Of a stretch of 24,189 nucleotides of DNA, positions 1 to 7,133 are shown piece after piece; position 1 is the stretch's first letter, and each line of letters starts with the position of its first letter. The translations under genes were made by a program, and so were the position numbers. The notes under the pieces were generated by a model. That model worked only from the letters and a program-made list of their open reading frames with translations, was not told the DNA's origin and did no database searches. Source of the DNA: Candidatus Thorarchaeota archaeon SMTZ1-45 (lineage in GTDB: Archaea; Asgardarchaeota; Thorarchaeia; Thorarchaeales; Thorarchaeaceae); the NCBI GenBank assembly GCA_001563335.1, contig LRSL01000020.1, positions 1 through 24,189 on the forward strand. Reading direction: 5' to 3'.

Positions 1-252
1 CCATCCAAGCTGGACGAGTTTTCCTACTACATTCTCAAACGCACTCGGTTTACTTGAATGCACATCATTGAGCTCAATACTGTGCTCAATCAAGCCAAGC
101 CATTTAGCCACCTCAGGACTCTCCATCATTGCCGAGAGTGCTCTTGATACGATACCAACGTCCTGCTCATCAAAGATATCCACAAGAGTCCTGAATCTGA
201 TAATTGGTCCCCCATTGTCAAGTAGCCAATACGCTAAGTCTCTGTGGTTCAT
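1..252 (-). CDS. Partial CDS (N-terminal 84 aa, runs off the left edge); hypothetical protein, possibly alpha/alpha-toroid (prenyltransferase/squalene cyclase-like)
   Basis: Manual translation from ATG at 252 is open to position 1: MNHRDLAYWLLDNGGPIIRFRTLVDIFDEQDVGIVSRALSAMMESPEVAKWLGLIEH...KLVQLGW. Divergent from the gene at 336. The family guess rests only on the WLL..GGP.IR.RT start. Confidence 0.7.
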   Translation of the reverse strand, partial: MNHRDLAYWLLDNGGPIIRFRTLVDIFDEQDVGIVSRALSAMMESPEVAKWLGLIEHSIELNDVHSSKPSAFENVVGKLVQLGW

Positions 253-335
253 GCTTCCATAAACAGCGCTATCTCCATAAGTAATCTCTGTAATGGGGAC
301 AGAGTTAAGAACATCGACATACTCTAGTCCTCTCG

Positions 336-1046
336 GTGCTGTGGTTGGTGGATGAAGACATCAAGAAGAGCATAATGCAGGACATATATGAAAATAGGAT
401 GCTTCTGACATCCATCCGCGATAAGCCAGAGGGCTGGACACTATACTCTGGTTTGTGGAGTCCTTTCTATATTCAACTACGAATCCTCTCTTCATTCCCT
501 GTAACTCTCAAAAAGATTGGTCAAGCTCTGGGAACCCTCGTTAAGGAGGAAGCACCCCATATCAACAGACTTGTGGGTGTAGCGTTTGCTGGAATTCCAA
601 TCGCAACAGCAATGTCGATCTCAACAGGAATTCCTGCATGTCATACACGTAAGATACTCGGTGTCAGAACTGAGCAGGAACTGGAGAATGCTATCAGTAA
701 ATATGGGCAGCACTCACTCCTAGAGGGTGATGTCGAAGAGGGTGATACTATCTGTCTTGTTGATGATCTTGTGACAGGAATGGAGAGTAAGCTTGTTGCT
801 CGGGGTCAGGTCATTACAGAGCTAGAGAAACGAGGTATCACTGATTTTTCTGTCGATGACATCGCGGTGGTTGTGGATCGCCAACAGGGTGCACGACAGC
901 GTGCCAAAGAGCTGAAGATCAGGCTTCATTCTCTCATTAATCTGGTTGATGAAGGTCTTCCTCTGATTAGAGATAGAATGACCAAAGAGGAGTATAGAAT
1001 AGTTACAGAATATCTTACTGACCCGACTGGATTCAAGATGGAATGA
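336..1046 (+). CDS. pyrE: Orotate phosphoribosyltransferase-like type I PRTase
   Basis: N-terminal L.SG..SPFYI.LR motif, GVAFAGIPIA, PRPP-binding loop CLVDDLVTG, C-terminal VVVDRQQGA. True start could be GTG 348. Confidence 0.75.
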   Translation: MLWLVDEDIKKSIMQDIYENRMLLTSIRDKPEGWTLYSGLWSPFYIQLRILSSFPVTLKKIGQALGTLVKEEAPHINRLVGVAFAGIPIATAMSISTGIPACHTRKILGVRTEQELENAISKYGQHSLLEGDVEEGDTICLVDDLVTGMESKLVARGQVITELEKRGITDFSVDDIAVVVDRQQGARQRAKELKIRLHSLINLVDEGLPLIRDRMTKEEYRIVTEYLTDPTGFKME

Positions 1047-1109
1047 GTACATCACATCCAATGTACCACAGAAACCCATTTCTTAACAAAAGAAACTCCC
1101 TGCACAACT

Positions 1110-1562
1110 ATGAGTAGTAAGAATCCCCTTGACCCGCTATTGAACATGGCAATGGCGATGTCCACACGACACTATGAGTACTATAGTGAAACTGCAGAAC
1201 AGGTTCAGACTCCAAAGGTGAAGGCTCTACTGCTCGTTCTTGCTGAAACTGAGCAAGAACTAATCGCTCACATTCGTCACATGATGGTCACTGGAGTTCT
1301 TGATGAGATAGAGGTTTTGGATAGAGTTAAGGTGGGAGATGAACCACCAGACGACTCTCCAATCGCACCTGAGCGAAAAGACTCTGATCCTAGAATATTT
1401 GTCTGCAACAAGGCTTTGGAACAGGAGGTCAAAGGCTACACCTTCTATCTGTCTATTGCAGCCAGAGCAAAGACAGAGCTTGCTAGTCGTCTTTTTGAAT
1501 ACTTGGCTTTTGTTAAATCCCAGCAGATTGAACAAATCAGAAAGGTCTGTACGACCTTCTAA
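1110..1562 (+). CDS. Ferritin-like/rubrerythrin-like four-helix protein with degenerate diiron motifs (paralogue 1)
   Basis: Internal two-fold pattern YY...AE.....VK.LL..LA..E and ALEQE...Y.FY...A.......RLFEYLA typical of rubrerythrin-type ferritin-like proteins; the ExxH histidines are absent. Confidence 0.7.
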   Translation: MSSKNPLDPLLNMAMAMSTRHYEYYSETAEQVQTPKVKALLLVLAETEQELIAHIRHMMVTGVLDEIEVLDRVKVGDEPPDDSPIAPERKDSDPRIFVCNKALEQEVKGYTFYLSIAARAKTELASRLFEYLAFVKSQQIEQIRKVCTTF

Positions 1563-1628
1563 TGAAACATAATCCCAGTTGAATACCTAATAGAAAGTGC
1601 TTTCTTCTATAGTGTATTATGTTTTCCA

Positions 1629-2102
1629 ATGAGCGAAGCGACCTCTCACCAACATCTACTCAAGCTTGCATTGACAACCGCAGCCAATCAGTACGACTTC
1701 TATCTGAAAGCCGCTGACGCCGCCACCACACCCCAGGTAAAGGCACTTCTCATGGTACTGGCTGACACAGAAGGTGAACTCGTAGAGAGAATTCGCCTCA
1801 TGATGTCCACGGGTATTCTCGATGCAATTGAAGAGGTTGCCAAAGACACATTTTCATATGACGAGCCAGACCCAACTCCCTTCGGTATGGACCGGACTCC
1901 ATTTGCAAGGTCAAACCCAGACACTGATCCACGCCTCTATGTATGCAACAAAGCTCTAGAGAAAGAATTCTCAGGATTCACGTTCTACAGATCAATCAGC
2001 TCTCGAGCAAAGTCCGAAGTGATCAGACGCCTCTTTGAATACTTTGTATCGATCAAATCACAACAGATCAAGAGGATTCGCAGAGTCTGCTCCACTTTCT
2101 GA
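1629..2102 (+). CDS. Ferritin-like/rubrerythrin-like four-helix protein with degenerate diiron motifs (paralogue 2)
   Basis: Aligns by eye with 1110-1562 (TP.VKALL.VLA.TE.EL, DPR..VCNKALE.E, RLFEY, KSQQI..IR.VC.TF). Confidence 0.7.
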   Translation: MSEATSHQHLLKLALTTAANQYDFYLKAADAATTPQVKALLMVLADTEGELVERIRLMMSTGILDAIEEVAKDTFSYDEPDPTPFGMDRTPFARSNPDTDPRLYVCNKALEKEFSGFTFYRSISSRAKSEVIRRLFEYFVSIKSQQIKRIRRVCSTF

Positions 2103-2142
2103 ACTCATCTATTTACTCACGTTAGAATTGTTATTTATGCTG

Positions 2143-2160
2143 TTAGAACACGTGTTCTAA
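2143..2160. promoter_or_regulatory. Perfect 18-bp palindrome, probable operator
   Basis: TTAGAACAC|GTGTTCTAA in an AT-rich intergenic region, about 45 bp upstream of a TTTATATA box. Confidence 0.55.
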
Positions 2161-2200
2161 TAGTTTATTTAGATAATTAACTATAAGAATAGATAATTAG

Positions 2201-2218
2201 AAATATTTATATATATTT
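2201..2218 (+). promoter_or_regulatory. Archaeal TATA box for the 2298 gene
   Basis: AAATATTTATATATATTT containing TTTATATA, followed by a GC-rich leader from about 2232. Confidence 0.5.
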
Positions 2219-2297
2219 GAAGCTATATACTAGGTGTGGCCGGGAGGCCGCAAACAAGAGGAGACCCTGAAAATCTCCATAGGAAACGAAGGGGATA

Positions 2298-2669
2298 GTG
2301 GGTTCTCAAAACAGCGAGATGGAAACCGTGAGTGACGAACAAAACATATTCATTCCTTCTGTACAGCTCAACAACCTTTCTGATTTCATGGAGATATCAA
2401 ATCAGGCTGCAATTATTGTCTACAGCCCTGAATATTACCAAGGCCCATTCATGGATGATCACAAAAGACTCCGAAGACTCACTCTGACTGCTGTCGGAGT
2501 AGAAAGGAAGGGTATACCTTTGACCTTCAGATACGTGCTTGATGATGTTAGGGATATTGATAGAATTGCGTCTGAAATCCTTAAGGATCTTGAGAGTCGA
2601 GGAAGCGTTGTTCAGGGCTCAATAGAGAAGTCACATTCTCTTGGTGAGTTACTAGCAACGTGGCCTTAG
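2298..2669 (+). CDS. Hypothetical protein (123 aa)
   Basis: Open frame with upstream AAGGGG purine stretch and TATA box; no recognisable motif; start could be ATG 2319. Confidence 0.7.
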   Translation: MGSQNSEMETVSDEQNIFIPSVQLNNLSDFMEISNQAAIIVYSPEYYQGPFMDDHKRLRRLTLTAVGVERKGIPLTFRYVLDDVRDIDRIASEILKDLESRGSVVQGSIEKSHSLGELLATWP

Positions 2670-2766
2670 GATGCGCCATAAAAAGCACCCACTCCTACTA
2701 GTTGGTACCGTCTCGCATCTACCGATACTGCTTTTTGTGTTTGTGTTAAGACAATAGTGAAGAACA

Positions 2767-3288
2767 GTGACCAAACCAGAACCAGCTGATATAATCGTAC
2801 CCCGCATTCTCAAACAGTACTCAGAGCGACCTCGGGGCTGGCACATAATGAGCTCCCCTCGAGGAGAGATGCTAATTCTCAGTTCTGATTCTGCATTTCA
2901 GCTGAAACTTATTCCACTAAATCCATACGAGTTCACAGGCGCTGGGGTTGAACTACCTGAGTCTTGTGATACGGTTGAATCAATTCGCGCTTCTCCAGAG
3001 TTTGGACTTCGCCCTCTTAGTGAGTCTGATTTGCAGGGTATCCTGAACTCAATCACTGGGGATGCAGGACCAAAGCTTAGTCTTAATGATATTTTGAAAC
3101 GAACTCCACACTCTATCGATGACATCTCCGCAGATATACCATCTCCAGTTCTCCGAGGTCCGGTACTGGTGAGACCAGAATTGGGTTCTCTTAGCCCTGA
3201 AATTTTGAGAAGGCAGATGTCCTTAGATCGATCAGCTGAGAAGACATTCAGGAAACGCTATCCTGAGCGTGCTGGGATGTATTTCTAG
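2767..3288 (+). CDS. Hypothetical archaeal protein (173 aa)
   Basis: Long ORF with protein-like composition (QLKLIPLNPYEFTGAG, PEFGLRPL); function unknown. Confidence 0.75.
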   Translation: MTKPEPADIIVPRILKQYSERPRGWHIMSSPRGEMLILSSDSAFQLKLIPLNPYEFTGAGVELPESCDTVESIRASPEFGLRPLSESDLQGILNSITGDAGPKLSLNDILKRTPHSIDDISADIPSPVLRGPVLVRPELGSLSPEILRRQMSLDRSAEKTFRKRYPERAGMYF

Positions 3289-3302
3289 CCAAAAAAGACT
3301 TG

Positions 3303-3330
3303 ATTTGAGATTGAGAAGGGAGTCTCAAAT
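3303..3330. other. Intergenic hairpin/inverted repeat
   Basis: ATTTGAGATT-gagaaggg-AGTCTCAAAT, 10-bp stem with one G.U, just after the 3288 stop. Confidence 0.4.
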
Positions 3331-3395
3331 ACCATCTGGCTTATCAAGCTCTTCAATGATTATTAGTATTTAACACAGAACAGGAACAAGAGATT

Positions 3396-5042
3396 ATGGA
3401 TTATGACATCATTATCAAAAATGGGAGAGTTATTGATGGTGCAGGTAATCCTTGGATGAAGTCAGATGTTGGAATTTTGGATGGACGGATTTCATCGGTG
3501 GGCGAACTAGGAATCTCCCAAGGCGAGCTTGTCATTGATGCCAGTGACTTAATAGTGACTCCAGGTTTCATTGATATTCATACACACTCGGACCTAACAC
3601 TCCTCATAAATCCTAAAGCAGAGAGCAAGGTGAGACAAGGTGTCACAACAGAGGTTCTGGGTAACTGTGGGACCAGTCCTGCTCCAACGAGTAATTTGAC
3701 ACTTGAGTTATTGAAAAAAACATGGGGGTCTGAGGCTGATGAAGTTGACTGGAGCTGGAAATCGTTTGGTGATTATCTGAAAAAAATCGAACAGCAAGGG
3801 ACAGCTATCAATGTCGTTGGACTTGTGGGACATGGAACAGTAAGAATTTCTGTGATGGGAGCTGAAAACAGGGCGCCTTCAGACTCTGAGCTAGCTGAAA
3901 TGAAGAAACTAGTTGCCAAGTCAATGTCTGATGGGGCTTTTGGTATGTCATCTGGTCTTGTCTATCTGCCTGGTTCGTTCGCAACTACAGACGAACTCGT
4001 TGAACTCTGCAAGATTGTTGCTAAGTATGAAGGTCTCTATACTTCTCATATTCGTGGCGAACGTGAAACCATTGTGGATGCACTCAAGGAAGCTATAGAA
4101 ATTGCTGAGAGGTCAGGAGCTCGTTTGCAAGTTTCACACAATTGTCCCAAATATGGCGCCCATGGGAAATTCGAGGAAATGTCAAAGCTCTATGATGATG
4201 CAAGAAGGAGAGGTGTGGACCTCACCATCGACAATGATGCACATACTGACCTCAACCCTCGGTTGAGCCAGGTGCTTCCACAATGGGCACAAGCAGGTGG
4301 CGACCAGGCTGCAGCGGAAAGACTTAGAGATCCTACTCTGCGAGAGCGCATCAAGCAGGAAACTCTCGATGATACACTTCCTGGACCAGGTTATGTTGGT
4401 CTAGTGAAGCATGGAAGATGGGACAGAATCTTTCTCCTTCATGCTGTCGAGAACGAATCCCTGATAGGCAAGAGCTTTGAGGAGATTGCATCGCTTAGAG
4501 GTCAAGAACCTATAGATGTCTACCTTGACTTAATTGTTGAGGAGGATGGCAACGCAAGTGCACTCTTCAATTACATAGACGAGGAAGATATCAGGGCATT
4601 ACTTAGGCATCCGCTAATGATGGTTTGCAGCGATGGGAACGCAGTTGCACCATATGGTGCTCTTGGCAAGATACAGGGTTATTGGCCTTGCTCCTATGGA
4701 GAGTATCCCTACATTCTTGAGAGGTATGTTCGGGAGGAGGGCGTATTGACCCTCCAAGAGGCAATTCGTAAGATGACCTCTTTTCCCGCTCAGAAGCTTG
4801 GGTTGCGTGACAGAGGACAGATACGTGAAGGAATGTGGGCGGACATTGTGATCTTCGATTTTGACAGGATTAGAGACCGAGCTACATGTCGATTTCCATA
4901 CACATTTCCTCTATCCAACTACCCACACAAATATCCTGAGGGGATTGAATTTGTCCTAGTAAACGGCCAGATCGTTGTGATAAAGGGAGAACATAAAGGC
5001 AAACTTGCTGGTCATGTGCTTCGACACAGCACAAGAAGGTAG
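3396..5042 (+). CDS. N-acyl-D-amino-acid deacylase (D-aminoacylase), amidohydrolase superfamily
   Basis: IIKNGRVIDGAG, PGFIDIHTHSD, GNCG, GHGTVR, SHIR, VSH, CSDG, AIRKMTSFPA, ADIVIFD motifs. Confidence 0.92.
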   Translation: MDYDIIIKNGRVIDGAGNPWMKSDVGILDGRISSVGELGISQGELVIDASDLIVTPGFIDIHTHSDLTLLINPKAESKVRQGVTTEVLGNCGTSPAPTSNLTLELLKKTWGSEADEVDWSWKSFGDYLKKIEQQGTAINVVGLVGHGTVRISVMGAENRAPSDSELAEMKKLVAKSMSDGAFGMSSGLVYLPGSFATTDELVELCKIVAKYEGLYTSHIRGERETIVDALKEAIEIAERSGARLQVSHNCPKYGAHGKFEEMSKLYDDARRRGVDLTIDNDAHTDLNPRLSQVLPQWAQAGGDQAAAERLRDPTLRERIKQETLDDTLPGPGYVGLVKHGRWDRIFLLHAVENESLIGKSFEEIASLRGQEPIDVYLDLIVEEDGNASALFNYIDEEDIRALLRHPLMMVCSDGNAVAPYGALGKIQGYWPCSYGEYPYILERYVREEGVLTLQEAIRKMTSFPAQKLGLRDRGQIREGMWADIVIFDFDRIRDRATCRFPYTFPLSNYPHKYPEGIEFVLVNGQIVVIKGEHKGKLAGHVLRHSTRR

Positions 5043-5215
5043 AGAACCTCAGAAGCCATATCCAAATCAAGAAGAATTCGTAGATAATATCTTTGAAAAG
5101 AAGTGGTGGTCGTATGAACTGCAGCTTTTCTCTTGTTTCCGTATCAAATAGTCTAATACAGATGTCTTATGTGCTTACGCGGTATGCAATATTATAGTAG
5201 ATAGGAGATAGTCTG

Positions 5216-5917
5216 ATGGATTTTCCCGATGATTTGAGATTTGCAGAGGAATCTTTGAAACAGGCTGAAAAAGAATTCTTGTCTGGAAATGATGGAATAG
5301 CTGAAGCTTTGTTAGTAAAATTATCTTCAGGACCCTTTACTTCAGATACTAAAATAGCACAAGAAAAGATACAGAATCTGGATGAGTCCCGTTATGTTAA
5401 ATGGAGTCGGTGGGTGAAAAAATATGAATTCTCAGCGTCATTCTGGAAGGACGAGGGATATCCAAGTATTGATACCACTACGCATCAAGCTAGCAATCCT
5501 GATTGGTATTCAAAAAGAACAGGAACTACAACATTTGTAAAGGATTTAATGATTCATCGAAAAATATTAGCACCTACTGTTAATGGCGAGCTAAAATCGC
5601 CTCCCACTCCGCTAGGCAAACCATCAAACAGATGGCTACTTGATTTTGTTGCTCTTTCCAGTCTGCGTCTTTCTTTGAAAAACCATTGGGAGAAATTGGT
5701 ACGAGATATAGTGATGAAACGACCCCAGACCAGTCTAGTACTTGTGGCTAAAAGACTAGGTCTGGAAATTCCAGAGGTTCTTGACATCGCCCGTAAAATC
5801 AGGAATTTAGATGATCGGGTGATTGAATATGATGTAAGTGACTCGAGTAAGAATTTGACATATATATGTAGAAAACCAGATTCCAGTTTGAATCCTTTAG
5901 TAGATATAACCCTATAA
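5216..5917 (+). CDS. Hypothetical protein (233 aa), possible C-terminal HTH-like segment
   Basis: Long ORF with RBS-like AGGAGA; looks more AT-rich than its neighbours; ends 25 nt from the tRNA-Val 3' end. Confidence 0.7.
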   Translation: MDFPDDLRFAEESLKQAEKEFLSGNDGIAEALLVKLSSGPFTSDTKIAQEKIQNLDESRYVKWSRWVKKYEFSASFWKDEGYPSIDTTTHQASNPDWYSKRTGTTTFVKDLMIHRKILAPTVNGELKSPPTPLGKPSNRWLLDFVALSSLRLSLKNHWEKLVRDIVMKRPQTSLVLVAKRLGLEIPEVLDIARKIRNLDDRVIEYDVSDSSKNLTYICRKPDSSLNPLVDITL

Positions 5918-5942
5918 ACATAACCCAACTTAGAACGAAGAA

Positions 5943-6112
5943 TGGTGGGCCGGGCGTGATTTGAACACGCGACCACCGCACGTTTGAACGCGCTTGCAAA
6001 TCAAGCGTATGTGTCAATGCGGTATCTAAGCCATTTCGCAAACGAATTTGCGATACTATAGCTGTTTCGCAAACGAATTTGCAAATCCATAGCCGGGCTA
6101 GACCACCGGCCC
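5943..6112 (-). tRNA. tRNA-Val(GAC) with encoded CCA; 30-nt canonical 37/38 intron (5982-6011) and 62-nt D-arm insert at 22/23 (6027-6088) made of two tandem 31-nt introns
   Basis: Mature reconstruction GGGCCGG TG GTCT AGCCCGGCTA TGAT A CCGCA TT GAC AG TGCGG TGGTC GCGTG TTCAAAT CACGC CCGGCCC A CCA (78 nt). BHB helix TTGA/TCAA at the canonical intron; TTTTTAAT about 30 nt upstream. Confidence 0.9.
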
Positions 6113-6165
6113 AGTGAGGTCTCTCTCCCTTGTTGACGATTAAAAACATTGCGACGCAGACTTGC

Positions 6166-6600
6166 TTATCTTCCAGTACTCCCGAAACCGCCTTCTCCCC
6201 TTTCAGTATCAGACAGTTCATCAACCTCTATGAACTCCACTTCGGGCACAGGACGAATCGCCAACTGACTAATGCGCATCCCCTTTGTGATCTTGAAGGA
6301 CTCCTCATTATGGTTTATCATGATGGTCTTAACCTCACCACGATATCCATTATCAATGGTCCCTGGCGTATTGAGGACTGTTATGCCCTCTTTTAGAGCA
6401 AGTCCGCTCCTAGGTCGTACCTGTCCCTCATATCCCATAGGTATCTCTACTGCAATTCCTGTGGGTACTGCAAAACGCTCTCCTGGTCTGAGTTCATAAT
6501 CTATCGTGGAAAAGAGGTCAAATGCAACATCTCCTCTCTTTGCTGCTTTCGGTATCTTTGCATCAGGAGAGAGTCGTTTGACTCGTACAGTCACAGTCAC
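6166..6600 (-). CDS. dut: Trimeric dUTP diphosphatase
   Basis: Motifs AFDL, RPRSGLA, PGTIDNGYRGEV, RISQL, RGEGGFGSTG. Confidence 0.96.
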   Translation of the reverse strand: MTVTVRVKRLSPDAKIPKAAKRGDVAFDLFSTIDYELRPGERFAVPTGIAVEIPMGYEGQVRPRSGLALKEGITVLNTPGTIDNGYRGEVKTIMINHNEESFKITKGMRISQLAIRPVPEVEFIEVDELSDTERGEGGFGSTGR

Positions 6601-6689
6601 CGATCACGCCTCTAATTCCAACACACTCCTCTGTCAGATATAGGTGTAGGTGATAATACAGCCTAATTGGTAACATTTATATACAAATA

Positions 6690-6734
6690 ATGTATAGTAC
6701 TATATATCGCACAGTACATTGTTACACACAATGT
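6690..6734. promoter_or_regulatory. Probable PadR operator(s) just downstream of a TATA box
   Basis: ATGT-atagtact-ATAT (6690-6705; contains the palindrome TATAGTACTATA) and inverted repeat ACATTGT-N5-ACAATGT (6716-6734), after TTTATATA at about 6676-6683. Confidence 0.5.
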
Positions 6735-6774
6735 CTGTAAGAACAATGATAAAAAAGAGGTAAACTAAGTGTCA

Positions 6775-7131
6775 ATGTCAAAAAAGACACAGGAAGAATT
6801 GGACCGATGGTCCAAGGAAGTAAAGCGAGGCGCTGTCACGCTGGCCATCCTTGCTCTTCTTAGCAAGAGGAGGGCGTACGGATATGAAGCTGTCAAGCTG
6901 CTCGACGAGAAGATGTCTTTCTTGGCTCTTGAGCAAGGCACAGTCTATCCTTTGCTAAGAAGACTGGAGAAACGTGAGCTCCTAAAGTCTGAGTGGGACT
7001 ATGAAGATCCTACCAAACCCAAGAAGTACTATGAAGTATCTGAAGAGGGTCTGAAGGCACTAGGAGCAATGACGCAGACCTGGTCTATTCTCTCACGTGA
7101 AATGAGGGATGTCGTAATGGAGGTTGAATAA
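6775..7131 (+). CDS. PadR-family transcriptional regulator
   Basis: RG...LAILALL....YGYE, GTVYPLLRRLEK, KKYYEVSEEG. Alternative GTG start at 6769. Confidence 0.93.
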   Translation: MSKKTQEELDRWSKEVKRGAVTLAILALLSKRRAYGYEAVKLLDEKMSFLALEQGTVYPLLRRLEKRELLKSEWDYEDPTKPKKYYEVSEEGLKALGAMTQTWSILSREMRDVVMEVE

Positions 7132-7133
7132 TA

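Noticed and set aside
68-262. 64-aa plus-strand ORF
   Set aside because: Shadow of the more protein-like minus-strand partial CDS at 1-252.
1592-1605. Possible iron-responsive element between the ferritin-like genes
   Set aside because: Sequence is AAGTGC, not CAGWGH, and the IRE stem with a bulged C is absent.
5554-6224. Minus-strand ORFs 5554-5976 and 5799-6224
   Set aside because: They overlap the tRNA-Val gene and the 5216 CDS; no protein motifs.
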